The position numbers and the translations under genes are program-made. From Lytechinus pictus (taxonomy: Eukaryota), in assembly GCF_037042905.1 (NCBI RefSeq), contig NC_087251.1, forward strand, positions 37,450,001 through 37,514,000: a stretch of 64,000 nt of DNA, given 5' to 3'. The notes beneath the pieces were generated by a model. It had not been told where the DNA came from, made no database searches, and saw only the letters and a list, made by a program, of their open reading frames with translations. This document shows positions 27,201 to 38,088 of this stretch, piece by piece; position 1 is the stretch's first letter, and every line of letters starts with the position of its first letter.

Positions 27201-29662
27201 TAGATTTGACAATAAGAACCAACTTGACTGAAACATATAGTATTAAAGAATGCTAATTCCACATGTTCAGGAAGGAATTAATCGTTGTATCACTTGACAA
27301 TGAGGAGAAAATTAAAATATTTCATATTTCATATAATAAAATACAAAAGAAATAGTGAGTGGATGACGTCATAGTCTCCTCATTTGCATACCAGCCAGGA
27401 TGTGCATATAACTGTTTTGTGAAATTAAGCAAAACTTTAAAATGTCATAACTTTCTTATTTTACATCCGATTTTGATGAAATTTTCAGTGTTATTCTTGT
27501 TGGATTTTTTCTTTTAATTCAAATCAACTTATTGTTGGGGTGGACTTGTCCTTTAATGAATGAGATGGGGTTAAAATCTATTTTTATGAAAATAAATAAT
27601 AATGTAAAGCCTAACCCTAAACCTTTTAAAACAAAATACCCTAAACACTAACCCAATCCGCCTATGAGTCCCCAACCAACCCCCTGAAAATAATTTCTAA
27701 ATGAGGTCAGAATCGTAATGAGGCCAGCCTTGCCATGTCGATTATTGGGGCAAGCAATTTTCGCTGGACCTATCTAATAGCACGTATCCTATTGCATATA
27801 TTGCATTTTCGGTGATGTGCATATTGCGCTTTTGTTTTTTAACCCTCGATCGACACTACTTTCTAGAGTTCTGTCGTCAATTTCTCTTGCAAATTTGTAT
27901 TTACAATGAAATCTTCGGAAACTTCTGTCAAACCTGGATGTAAATCGATTGGAAGTGGAAATATTAAATTGAGGAATAAACTGAATATGTGGAGGCAAGC
28001 ACACAGTAGGATGGGGGGTTGGGTGACCGGACACTTAACAGAAATGAAGCCTTGTTTTTATCTCAGGAATAAACCAATAATATAGGTTGAATAGTTTTTT
28101 TTCACCATCAATATTTGTTCTTTATAATATTTTCTTATATTCTGTGCTAAAAAGAATTAAAGACATTGCTTGTAAACTTTTCGAAATTGAGAGTAAAAGT
28201 CATGTGTCCGGACACCCAACCCGTCCGGACACAGAATCACTGGGTATACAGTGTGGGAAGAAGACTTCGATATGAAATATGTCCCCTCCATCCACTAAGT
28301 AAAAAAATTCTACGACAAAACCCCCTACTTCTGTTATCTTTTTCTTCTTACTTCCATGCGTCCATAACATTGGCGAAGAACAATGAGAAACAAGATGGCG
28401 GCGTAAACATCGGGCAAGTCTCTCCCGTCTTTTCATAATATTTTAATCATTTTTTAAATGAATTCTTGTTTAAAAATGAAATTGATAGCGTAGAAATGTC
28501 GGAAATGAAGTCATATCCCATTTACATGATTTAGGGCTAGATCTCTTAGAAGAAGAGTAGAAATCTCGGGGCGAAAGTTTGAGGTTTTTTGGCGGTACAT
28601 GCAGATGAATGGGATGGAATCCCTGGCTTTGTGGAGAGTATTACGTTAGTAAATAAATGATTGTTACTCTCTAGGAGCCTCCTGGCTTGTCCTGGGGCCG
28701 ATTGCACGAAAGGGTCTTTCCAAGGACCGTCTTTCGTGTCGCCCATCTTTTATGATAAGCTGTATGCGGGATATTTCTGAAATGTATAGTGAGTGCTTGT
28801 ATTACCGACCGGCCTTGTATTACCGAACGCGCGCATCATACGCATCAGAAATAATTTCATACGCTCAAAATTTTGCAGAATCCTTCCAAAGAGAACTTGA
28901 ATAGAAAGATGATGAAAAATTGTAAAAAACACATTTTCAAAGTCTTAATATTCTAAAAATAGTAAAATATGGTCAAAATAGCTCATCAGTGATTTTGTTG
29001 TTTTCTCAACTTTTCCCAATGAAAACACACGTTCGGTAATACGATACCTTTTTCAAGTGACCAAAATATTTCACATGCGAAGAGGGGTCCGATCGGAAGC
29101 TAATATCGTAAAAAGGAAATACAATTTCGGCAAAATTTTTACAAATTTATATTTTGTAGGTAATTGTGTATTTATGGTGAAAGTTTGGTGAATTTTATGA
29201 GAATAATGTGTTTGATATGATTGAATTCATGAAAAGTGTTCGGTAATACGATCCACTACCATAACAAATAAAATTTGTTAGCTAGCATTTAAATCAATTT
29301 GTATACAATTTCATGATTATCACATCATTTTATAAACAAAGATTTTGTTTATTTTAACGGATGAATAAAATATATTTGCAGGTAATTTATTTAAAATGCG
29401 TTTCACATGGCGCATCATAATAAATGGGCGACACGAAATTCTTGCAATGACCCTTTCTTGCAATCGGCCCAGACATGGCCCATGATCTGACTGACACTGT
29501 TTGTGCACTTTTATACAGACATGCAAAAAATCATTGAATTTGCTTAGGCTCACCGGTTCCTGTCTCATTTCCTCCTTCACCCTTCTTCCAATTTGGGAAC
29601 AAGTATCTCTGAACAGCAGTAATATCATAGAAACATCCAACATTTGTCAAAACACACGACAT
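112..29662 (-). CDS. RAB3GAP2: Rab3 GTPase-activating protein non-catalytic subunit, multi-exon, 3'-partial (continues past window start)
   Basis: 19 exons assembled by hand with GT-AG sites and consistent phases: 29554-29662, 21196-21245, 17097-17223, 15563-15644, 14586-14709, 13168-13369, 12068-12166, 11705-11853, 11184-11263, 10602-10700, 9307-9446, 8160-8385, 6905-7134, 6286-6350, 4934-5257, 3971-4295, 3469-3566, 1173-1460, 112-267 (2973 nt). Peptides [58 protein letters not shown] and [11 protein letters not shown] match recalled vertebrate RAB3GAP2. Confidence 0.95.
1173..1460 (-). CDS. RAB3GAP2: RAB3GAP2 coding exon 18
   Basis: [11 protein letters not shown]...AGMVVRSLV...KGLQ; cag / GTTGGT. 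Confidence 0.82.
3376..3458. repeat. (CAT)n microsatellite, imperfect
   Basis: catcatcatcaccatcaac..., ending 10 bp from the exon 17 donor. Confidence 0.9.
3469..3566 (-). CDS. RAB3GAP2: RAB3GAP2 coding exon 17
   Basis: [33 protein letters not shown]; tag / GTAAGT. Confidence 0.82.
3971..4295 (-). CDS. RAB3GAP2: RAB3GAP2 coding exon 16
   Basis: [10 protein letters not shown]...RVHFESD...FLSCF...RLTL; open frame with GT-AG bounds. Confidence 0.85.
4934..5257 (-). CDS. RAB3GAP2: RAB3GAP2 coding exon 15
   Basis: [10 protein letters not shown]...[15 protein letters not shown]...ITAE; cag / GTAAAT. Confidence 0.88.
5669..5976. mobile_element. Harbinger-like MITE family E
   Basis: GGCCCGTATTCTGAAGTC / GACTTCAGAATATGGGCC; same family as 41403. 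Confidence 0.8.
6286..6350 (-). CDS. RAB3GAP2: RAB3GAP2 coding exon 14
   Basis: [21 protein letters not shown]; phases fit. Confidence 0.88.
6905..7134 (-). CDS. RAB3GAP2: RAB3GAP2 coding exon 13
   Basis: [12 protein letters not shown]...[25 protein letters not shown]. Confidence 0.95.
7818..8072. mobile_element. Harbinger-like MITE family F
   Basis: GGCCCCATCTTACAAAGAGTT / AACTCTTTGTAAGACGGGGCC, CWG flanks. Confidence 0.78.
8160..8385 (-). CDS. RAB3GAP2: RAB3GAP2 coding exon 12
   Basis: [14 protein letters not shown]...[28 protein letters not shown]. Confidence 0.95.
9307..9446 (-). CDS. RAB3GAP2: RAB3GAP2 coding exon 11
   Basis: [17 protein letters not shown]...[21 protein letters not shown]. 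Confidence 0.95.
9528..9696. mobile_element. MITE family G (a degenerate second copy lies at ~9750-9926)
   Basis: GTTTCATAAAGCTGTTCGTA..TAAGAACAGCTTTATGAAAC palindromic structure, shared with 26364. Confidence 0.75.
10602..10700 (-). CDS. RAB3GAP2: RAB3GAP2 coding exon 10
   Basis: [10 protein letters not shown]...[14 protein letters not shown]. Confidence 0.92.
11184..11263 (-). CDS. RAB3GAP2: RAB3GAP2 coding exon 9
   Basis: [26 protein letters not shown]. Confidence 0.93.
11705..11853 (-). CDS. RAB3GAP2: RAB3GAP2 coding exon 8
   Basis: [28 protein letters not shown]...FFFALE. Confidence 0.93.
12068..12166 (-). CDS. RAB3GAP2: RAB3GAP2 coding exon 7
   Basis: [32 protein letters not shown]. 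Confidence 0.95.
12782..13048. mobile_element. Harbinger-like MITE family F (opposite orientation)
   Basis: GGCCCTGTCTTACAA / TTGTAAGACAGGGCC; CAG TSD. Confidence 0.78.
13168..13369 (-). CDS. RAB3GAP2: RAB3GAP2 coding exon 6
   Basis: [28 protein letters not shown]...[18 protein letters not shown]. Confidence 0.95.
14586..14709 (-). CDS. RAB3GAP2: RAB3GAP2 coding exon 5
   Basis: [41 protein letters not shown]. Confidence 0.95.
15039..15537. mobile_element. Kolobok-like MITE, family B
   Basis: AGGGGAAGTTCACCCTGA / TCAGGGTAAACTTCCCCT; flanks TCAA / TTAA; long inverted arms. Confidence 0.8.
15563..15644 (-). CDS. RAB3GAP2: RAB3GAP2 coding exon 4
   Basis: [27 protein letters not shown]; phases fit. 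Confidence 0.88.
16407..16998. mobile_element. Kolobok-like MITE family A, complete copy
   Basis: TTAA TSD; AGTACAAGTCCACCCC / GGGGTGGACTTGTCCT termini with long imperfect inverted arms. Confidence 0.85.
17097..17223 (-). CDS. RAB3GAP2: RAB3GAP2 coding exon 3
   Basis: [28 protein letters not shown]; tag / GTGAGT. Confidence 0.92.
17245..17478. mobile_element. Family A MITE, one-ended fragment
   Basis: Matches the right half of 16407-16998 and ends GGGGTGGACTTGACCT+TTAA. Confidence 0.8.
18880..19012 (-). mobile_element. tRNA-derived SINE-like relic (related pieces at ~6690-6870, ~10890-11100, ~19880-20030)
   Basis: B-box-like GTTCGAATCCC on the minus strand and a shared core CACTCTCCACCCAGG...AATGGG(T/A)ACC in four places. 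Confidence 0.55.
19193..19791. mobile_element. Kolobok-like MITE, family C
   Basis: AGGGATGGTCCAGGCTG / CAGCCCGGACCATCCCT; flanks TTAC / TTAA. Confidence 0.8.
21196..21245 (-). CDS. RAB3GAP2: RAB3GAP2 coding exon 2 (alternative in-frame donor would extend it to 21148)
   Basis: [17 protein letters not shown], an acidic/Trp motif like the vertebrate DWEDDGW; cag acceptor, GTGAGT donor, phase 1 to 0. Confidence 0.8.
22996..23749. mobile_element. piggyBac-like MITE
   Basis: TTAA TSD on both sides; termini CCCTATCTTGGCC / GACCTAGATAGGG. Confidence 0.85.
25330..25415 (+). tRNA. tRNA-Tyr(GTA) gene with 13-nt intron (25367-25379); anticodon stem damaged, possibly a pseudogene
   Basis: Acceptor stem CCACCGA/TCGGTGG pairs fully. 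A box TAGCTCAGTTGG and B box GGTTCGAATCC are present, anticodon GTA is at 25363-25365, and the intron follows position 37. The anticodon stem GAGGA/ACATT has two mismatches. Confidence 0.85.
25421..25427 (+). terminator. Pol III terminator (T7 run) of the tRNA-Tyr gene
   Basis: TTTTTTT starting 5 nt after the discriminator base. Confidence 0.7.
26364..26548. mobile_element. MITE family G
   Basis: CAG TSD; inverted arms GTTTCATAAAG / CTTTATGAAAC. Confidence 0.78.
26962..27552. mobile_element. Family A MITE, complete copy (opposite orientation to 16407)
   Basis: TTAA TSD; AGGTCAAGTCCACCCC / GGGGTGGACTTGTCCT. Confidence 0.88.
29554..29662 (-). CDS. RAB3GAP2: RAB3GAP2 coding exon 1
   Basis: [26 protein letters not shown] resembles the RAB3GAP2 N-terminus; donor G|GTGAG. 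Confidence 0.88.
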
Positions 29663-30334
29663 ATTCAGCTACTACAGTATGGCACTTGGCCTCACAAAAT
29701 CCAAAACAAGCAAACTTGTCAAACCCTAATAAAACAAGCTCGCGATCTGGTGTCACAGTATTAAAATCAAGATCACCGGACAGTACGGATTGATCCGGGA
29801 GAACAAAACGACTGAGCGATTTGTTCTCCGGTCTCCCTCCTAGCCTGGTGGCTGATCCGGTGGGGGGGGGGCGCACCGGCCCCTGTTCCATCCCCCGCCC
29901 TCTTTTGAAACCTCAGGGGGGAGAGGGGAAAAGGGGGAGGGAGAGTATAAAAAAAGGAAGGCAAAAAAGGAGAGACAAACTTTAGAGAAAAGAGGAAGGA
30001 GCCGGGGGAATTAAGGAGTAAAGAAAAGAGAGAGAGAGAGGAGCATAAGAATTGAAAGGGAGAGAGGAAATGAATGAAGGAAGAAATAGAGAGAGGGAGG
30101 ACGGAGAGGTATAAAAGGAACTGAGGGGGAAGAAAAGTTACTTGAAAGACATCCTCTGCCCTTGGGCGCAGGTTGAGTGCCGGGCTCATATTCTTTTTTT
30201 TTTAACTCTTAGAAAAAATTATCATCTTATTTTTCCACATTGGAATGGAAGAAAAAGAAAGGGGAAAAATGTATACCGAGTGCGAAAGGACCTTGTCTGG
30301 GTATCCAGGAAGGCGTCCCCCCCCCCAACTTTGA

Positions 30335-30825
30335 AGGTCAAGTCCATCTAAGAAAAATGTGGGTTTGAATCAACAGAAAAAAATCAGACAAGCATAATGC
30401 TGAAAATTTCATCAAAATCGGATGTAAAATAAGAAAGTTATGACATTTTAAAGTTTCGCTTATTTTTCACAAAATAGCTATATGCACAATTTAGTCACTT
30501 GCACATGAGAGAATCGATGATGTCCATCACTCACTATTTCTTTTGTTTTTTATTGTTTGAATTATACAATATTTCAATTTTACAGATTTGACAATGACAA
30601 ACTTGACTGAACCACATAATGTCTAACAGTGGTAATTCCACATGTTTAGGGAGAAATAAAACTTTGTTTCACAGGACAATGAATGAGGAGCAAATTAGAA
30701 TATTTCATATTTCATATAATAAAATACAAAAGAAAAAGTGAGTGAGTGATGTAATCAGTTCCATCATTTGCATACCGACCGGGATGTGTATATATTTTTC
30801 TCTTTTTATTCAAATCAACATTTTG
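30335..30825. mobile_element. Family A MITE, internally deleted and right-truncated copy
   Basis: Starts AGGTCAAGTCCA and shares internal sequence with 26962-27552; right terminus missing. Confidence 0.75.
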
Positions 30826-31099
30826 TTCAAATTGGACAAGGAATAACAAAGTAATGACATTTTAAAGATTTGCATTATTTCAGTGAATCTATTTTATGTA
30901 TGTCTTAATGAATATTCAATAAGAAAACTATTTTGAGGGTGTCATATCTTTTAGATTTCATTACATGAAATTGTTAATTCAAATTTTGACTTCTAGGATT
31001 GACAACTGGATTAATGCATTTGCAACCTATTTCATGATAAGGGAGTCACATGCCCGTCATGTATGAAAATATGATATGATTATGATTCTATGTAGTACA

Positions 31100-31866
31100 T
31101 AATGTTTTCTTTTTCTTTTTGCTTATACTACAGCGTTTATTCAGATACGCAGCTTGTTCTCTATCATTATCCAGTTTCAGATCAGAATATCAAAAATGTT
31201 ATGCTCGCATTATTAATCTAGGAAGATCCCAATTACTCACCCTTTTAATGATTTACAAAATATGAATAGATCGAGTGTCCTGTTTAAGATCTAAATCTCC
31301 ATTTTTCCGCCAGCGCTTGCGCTTGCATCACTTGTTAAGTTATATAGGCCTACCTAAAGTATCACCTATCCTGTTCACGATTACAAAAAGTGCATGCTTG
31401 GAATTTCCATTTTTTAGGTAGAAATGTCAAAATTTTCAGCTCGCGCTTCGCGCTCGCATTATTTAATTGTTGAAATATGTAACGTCTTCATGGCTAACTG
31501 TAAACGGTCCTTAATATGTCCTTTTTCGATCAGATAAAAACGTATGAAATTGTCTGCTCGCGCTTTGCAGTTATTATTTGGTTGTTTACACATCTTGTTC
31601 AGGAACACAAACATTACCCAGAAAGTTCAATTTTTAGGACAAAATGTATGAAATTTAAAAAAAAAATTAGTTCGTGCTTCGCGCTCGTATTTTTAAATAA
31701 GGATTATGAGATTATTAAATATTTTATGCTGAATGTAAGATATGACTATTAGGACTACCCCTTCAAAGAAACAAACAAAAATCAACTTCGAGCGGCCGAT
31801 CGGGGAAAATATGGCTAAAAAATATTCCGCCCCCCCCCCTATTGGCGAAGGTAGGATCTGCCCCTG
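31100..31866 (-). repeat. GCGAGCGCGAAGCGCGAGC-core tandem repeats plus element terminus, reverse orientation
   Basis: GCTCGCGCTTCGCGCTCGC cores; end 31750-31866 is the reverse complement of 33335-33440. Confidence 0.75.
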
Positions 31867-32982
31867 TGAAAGGGGGAAATCACTTGTCACTACATTATAT
31901 AAATAATAAAAATTCGAAGTGCGAGGAAATATATTTGGTGTATATTGGCTTGAAAACAGAATATTTTAGTACCATTTAAACCTCTTGAACAGGATTATTT
32001 ATCTCATTAAACGGACAATGCGAGCACCAGGAGTGTCGTAACAATTTTGTTGAAATATATTCATTTGGAAATCACAAAATCAGTATAAAAACACTGTTTT
32101 ACATCAAGGTCCTGAAAAAGTTTAGGACTTAAATCATTAAGAGGTTTCGTAATGTTTTCATAACAGTTTTGTCAAAGTATTATTTTATCAAAACATATAG
32201 TAAAAAAGATCACTTTGTTTGGCCTGTCACTCTCCCAACAAGTTGTTTAATCTTATCAACAATTGTTATTTTTTTATAAATTGTTTAATCTTTTTAAACA
32301 ACTTGTTTAAAACGTTAAACAACTAGAGTGACAAGCTTAAACAACGTGCTAAAATTTCAAGCATCGTTTTAACAGTACGTGTATAGTTTTTGTCATTGGC
32401 AGCGGAAGCATAAAAATTAGGGGGGCGGAAAAAATATTTTCACCCCTATTTTCCCAGTCGGCTGCTAAAAGCTGTTGTTTATATTTTTGTTTACGGGCTA
32501 GTCTACACTATAGTTTGTAGTTTTAAGTGCTTCTTAGTTTTTCTTGATGAGATATCTAACAAGGCATGCGCATTTACAGGATTTTGCACCCCGTGGGCCC
32601 TACCTGATTTTGGTGCCATTGTGCACTTTTATGCGAGTGCGAAGCGCGAGCTGAAAATTAAAAATTTTTGATAACCTTACCTAAAATTTTGACATAAGCA
32701 CTTTAGGTCATCATGCAGGATAGGTATCTATTTTAACAATTTATGTGAAAATTTTTGATAATCTGACCTAAAATTTAGACATTCTATATAATCATGAACA
32801 GAATGGGTATCTAAACTAAACATTTTATGCGAGCGCGTAGCGCAAGCTCAATTTTTTTGTTATTCCAACCAAAAGCTGGACATTCTAAGCACTTTTGTGA
32901 CCATGAACAGGATGGGTATCTATCTAAACAATTGATGTCAGCGCGAAGCGTGAGCTGAAAAATGTAGACATTCTGAGCACTT

Positions 32983-33110
32983 ATAGATTCATTATCAATA
33001 GGAGGTCATCAGATCAATCGTAGTCAAGATGTGCGGTTTCTGGGAGTTGTTGTAGATGATCATTTATCATGGAAAAATCACGTCAGCAATGTTTGTAACA
33101 AAGTTTCAAA
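32983..33110 (+). pseudogene. Short CR1/L2-type reverse transcriptase fragment
   Basis: Translates IDSLSIGGHQINRSQDVRFLGVVVDDHLSWKNHVSNVCNKVS, a typical LINE RT 'FLGV.ID..LSW..H' motif. Confidence 0.75.
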
Positions 33111-34247
33111 CCTTTCATGTTATATTCTCGTTGCCAACCTTTGTACTAAATATTTGTATTATATCACTTGATTGTTTTTTTACTCTTATATCACTTATGA
33201 ACAGAATGGCTATCTAACTAAACAACATTTTTATGCGAGAGCGAACCGCGAGCTGAACATTTTTTATATTCCGACCCAAACCCTAAAATTCTACACTTAT
33301 TGTGACCATAAACTGGATGGATATCTATCTAAACCAGGGGCGGATTCAGCCTCCGCCAATAGGGGGGGGGGGCCGAATATTTTTTCACCTATATTTTCCC
33401 CGATCGGCCGCTCAAAGTTGATTTTTGTTTGTTTCTTTAAAGGTGTTATCACAGTGGCGTAATGAGCCAAAAAAATTGAGGGGGCTCGATTTAGGTTATT
33501 GCGTAAAATTAATAAGAAGTTACGAGCGAGCGAGCAAAAAATTTAGACATTTTTATTACAAAAATCCAAGTTCGTGATAGATTTTGACATAATATTTGGA
33601 AAATAATATATTTCACCCTTATCCCTTTTTTCTTTTCTTTTTCTTGATCGTGATTTATTTATTTATTTATTTATTTTTTTTTGGGGGGGGGGGGGCAAAA
33701 TGCCCATGTCCTAACAGTAATTTCTTAGCTTTTATTCTTACATAAATGTGTAGTAATTTCGTAGGCCCTATTCAAATAGTGTGAGCGCGAAGTGCGAGCT
33801 AAACAATTTTGAAATTTCATGTATTTTGTCCTGAAAATTGAACATTATAGGTAATGCTTGTGAACAATTAAGATGCGTATGTAACTACATAATTACTGCT
33901 CGCGCGAAGCGCGAGCAGAAATATTTATAATGCGTTCTGGCCTTGTCGGAAAGGGACCTGTTCTGGACGTTTTGCTGTCAGCCATTTACACGATACATAT
34001 TTCAATGATTCAATAATGCGAGCGCGAAGCGCGAGCTGAAATTTTTTTGACGTTCCGGCCAAAAAAGTTAACGTTCTATGCACTTTTTGTAATCATGAAC
34101 GGTATAAAACCAAACAATTGATGCGAGCGCAAAGCGCGAGCAAAAAAAAAAAAGAAGAGATTTCAAACCTAAAAACGGGATACCCTCTTTATGTTTTGTA
34201 AATCATTAAAAAAAAAATGGGTATAATTTGGTATCTTCCTATATTAA

Positions 34248-34833
34248 AGGAGAATGAAACTCTTGGAGCAAGTTAGCTTTTGTGAAAGCAGAAAAATCAA
34301 AGAATAAGATCAACAAAACTTTGAGAAAAATAGGACTAGCAATAAAAGAGTTATGAGCATTTGAATGTCGAGATCACTAATGCTATGGAGATCCTCCCAT
34401 TGGCAATGCGACCAAGATCTGTGATGTCACACACGTACAACTCTCCCATTTGGACACTGAAAATATACCCCAAAACATCTCTTTTTGCTCATTCTAATCA
34501 TATGACAAACGATTCATCAATGATATAATGTTGTGAAACCTCTGTACTTGTCATCTCATAAAGAGAACACATCACCTTGTGATAGACTCTATAAAAGTGA
34601 GAATATAAGTGAAATAAGTACTAAAGTAATGAGGGAGTTGTACGTGGCATGTGATATCACAGATCTTGGTCGCATTGCCGTTGGGAGGATCTACATGGCA
34701 CTAGTGATCTAAATATTCGAATGCTCATAACTTTCTTATTATTCATTCAATCTTCCTCAAACTTTCAACAATATGTTTCTTTGATTTTTCTCTTTGATAT
34801 GGATTCAGCTGGTTTCAAGGGTTTCATTCTCCT
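34248..34833. mobile_element. Kolobok-like MITE, family D
   Basis: TTAA TSD; AGGAGAATGAAAC / GTTTCATTCTCCT; long inverted arms. Confidence 0.85.
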
Positions 34834-35717
34834 TTAATAATACGAGCGCAAAGCGTGAGCAAATTTTTTTTGATATTGTGATCTGAAACTGAATATATAT
34901 GCTCATAAAGATTTAAATAAAGAACAAGCTGTGTATCTAAATAAACATGCGTGCGCGTGTTTCAGATTTTGACCTAGAATCTGGGCATTCTAAATACCCT
35001 TTTTCATCATGAAAATCAATAAAGCGAGCGCGAAGAGCGAACTTAATATATTTGATATTCCGATCTGAAAAAGGTCAATTTAAGCTCTGTATTTCAAGCA
35101 CTTTGTAGGAAAATTGTGAGGTGGATATGACTCACAGTTAAAAAAAGATCTAATATGTTTCATTATTATTACTTTGAGTTTTGACATAGGACAGGGACAT
35201 TCTAAGAACATTATGTCATCATATGAAAATGATGACCATCTTCCTATTTCTCTTCCTAAGCGGGAGATGAAACTTGACAATTTGACCTGAATAGGGATAT
35301 TTGAGAACTTTATGGAATACAGGAAAATAATAGGTACCTGACAAATCAAATTTTGCGAGCGCGCAGCGCGAGCAGAAAATGTTAATATGCAGAAGATAAA
35401 ACATAAATTTTTGCAGAGCACTTTTTAAAAATTAATTTGTAAATCAAACAAAATAATGAAAGTTCGATTTCCGGGCTGAAATATGTTTTATATAGTGATT
35501 TAAAAATTTGATATTTAAAGGTCAAGTCCACCCCAGAAAAATGTTGATTTGAATCGATAGAGAAAAATCAGACAAGCTTAATGTTGAAAATTTCATCAAA
35601 ATCGGATGTAAAATAAGAAAGTTATGACATTTTAAAGTTTCGCTTATTTTTCACAAAATAGTTATATGCACAATTTAGTCACTTGCAAATGAGAGAATCG
35701 ACGATGTCCCTCACTCA

Positions 35718-37646
35718 AAAGGCTCTGACGGCTTTTGGTTTTGGTATATCCTTTCAGAGATGGGTCAAAGTTTTGTATACTGACACTCTAAGTTGTGTTT
35801 TAAATGAAGGAAATTCCACTGGTTATTTTGAAATAAAAAGGGGGGTGAGGCAAGGGGATCCTCTTAGTCCTTACCTTTTTATTTTGTGTATTGAAGTAAT
35901 GGCTCATAAATTACGAAAAGATAATCTGATTGAAGGAATAAAATTTGGAGATAAAGAAATTAAATTAGCACTTTATGCAGATGATATGACAGTTTTTGCT
36001 CGTAATGTAAAATCAGTTGATATATATAGACTAAAAGTTTTATTTGCAGATTTTGAAAAACTTTCTGGATTAAAAATCAATAATGAAAAAACTAAAGTAT
36101 TAAAATTAGGCTCATGTCAGCATTTTGATTATGACTTCTCCTTCGGCGAGATCGTTGAATTTCTTAAAGTTTTAGGAGTATTTTTCACCCTAGATGAACA
36201 TAAGAAAGAAGATCTAAATTACAAAGAAATCTTAAGCAAAATTAAAACACTCTTGAACTTTTGGAAGCTAAGGGATATAACGCTTATGGGAGAGATTCAA
36301 CTATTAAAGGTGCATATCTATTCTAAAGTCCTCTATCGAGCGCCTCTTACTCCTGTTCCTAAGTGGGTTTATGAATCATTGGATGAATTAACTTTTGATT
36401 TCTTATGGAAAGGTAAGAAAGACAAAATTAATAGGAATACAATGTTTTTAGACTATAAGCAAGGAGAATTAAAGATGTTAAACTTCCCTGTGCAGGTAAA
36501 GGCACAGCGAATAATGTGGATTAAAAGACTTTTAAATAAAGATGAAGATATGAAATGGAAACAGTACTTTAATTTTGCCACTAAACATTTGGGTGGAGAT
36601 TTGATATTTTCATGTGACTATATACCAGGTTTATTGAAAGTAACAGCTTCCAAATTTTACATGGACTTGTTAGAAGAGTGGGTAAATATAAGACATATTA
36701 GAAGTACAGAGTTTGGGAAAGTGGTGATTTTTAATAATAAGCTTATTCGATATAAAGGGAGTTGTATATTTGATAAGATTCTATACGATAAAGAGGTTTA
36801 TAAATTGCATCATATTTTGGATAATAATGGTAAACTAAAATGCGATACACATTTTCTTAATTTGAATTTAGATGCAAATGATGTTGAAAAGATCAAGCAT
36901 ATAATGTATATGCCTGTTTACCCGTTAGTTGGAAGAACAATATCGAAATAAATGCAAAGCATAACTCTGGAATCGATTTCAATTTGGGTAAGAAAACAAC
37001 TAATTTAATGCTTTTAAAATCAAAAGAAATATACGAACAGCTGTTGAATAAAAATGACATTAAACCTTCTATTTTCGACAAAATTAGAACGAATTATGAT
37101 CTTACCAATAAGGAAGTAGAAAGTATATTTTTAAGACTAAGATATTGCACACTGAATAGTCGATTAAGGGAGTTTCAGTATAAACTTTTGCATAATATTA
37201 TATACACTAACCACCACCTTTTCCGTTTTGGTCTTGTTTCGACCAATTTATGCTCATTTTGTGAAAAGGAAGAAGAAACGTATGAACATCTATTTTATAC
37301 TTGTGAATTTTCAAAATCACTTTGGGATATGTGTGCAAGAAGTTTAAATTCTGAAATAAATAAATTTAGTTGGCAGGAATTTTTTTTCGGGAAGCAGGAG
37401 AAAAGTAAAGGTAAATATCAATTAATTAATCATATTTTGATTTCAGTTAAATATCTTATTTACAAAAACCGAGAATTAAAAAAACCTCCTTCATTGAATG
37501 AAATAAAAAATAGTATTAGGGGGGATCAAAGAGAAGAAAAGAATTTAGCAACAAAGAGGGGGACTCTTACAATCCATTTCTCTAAATGGGAAAACTTAAT
37601 TATTAGACCATTTATTGGAGCCCAGAGCCAGCTCTCCACCGGATAG
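35718..37646 (+). pseudogene. LINE ORF2 remnant (RT C-terminal half + zinc-knuckle region) with one frameshift near 36900-36911
   Basis: ORFs 35683-36951 and 36984-37646 join through the shifted frame ACLPVSWKNNIEINAKH; endonuclease and N-terminal RT are absent. Confidence 0.85.
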
Positions 37647-38088
37647 GGGATGGGGGTGTTTTAGGGAGGGTCGGGGGGAGGGGGGTAGGGTCCAGGGCTG
37701 AGTTTGTTGTTGAGATTGATTTTATTTGAGTGAAGAGGCCGAGGCAATGGGTTTTTAAAAAAAATATGCTGATGGCTTCAATTCGTTAGGTTTTATTAAT
37801 GATTTATTTTTGTGTATTTGACACTGAAAAAAAATTCAATATGTTGAATTTATTGTAGAAGTTTATTCTTAATGCATATTATTATTATCAATGTTATTTA
37901 TAATTATGTTTTAGAAGATGTCTGACATGATTGTGTTTTATTGTAACATTCAAGAAAAAAAATGATGTTAAATTTATAAGTTGTCAAGGTATTTATCAAT
38001 TTGTAAAGACATCAAACTTCTATTTGTTATATATATTTTATTTTGTATATGAATTGAAGTTGTCAATAAAAACTACTTAATAAAAAAA
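35718..38088 (+). mobile_element. 5'-truncated L1/Tx1-clade non-LTR retrotransposon
   Basis: RT motifs GVRQGDPLSPYLF and YADD, C-terminal Cys/His motif CSFC...EHLFYTC, G-rich 3' UTR, AATAAA, short poly(A), TSD ACTCA (35713-17 / 38089-93). Confidence 0.9.

Noticed and set aside
35683..35717. Apparent N-terminus of the 422-aa RT ORF
   Set aside because: It lies in the host MITE and starts at TTG; a chance in-frame fusion with a 5'-truncated LINE, not a real start.
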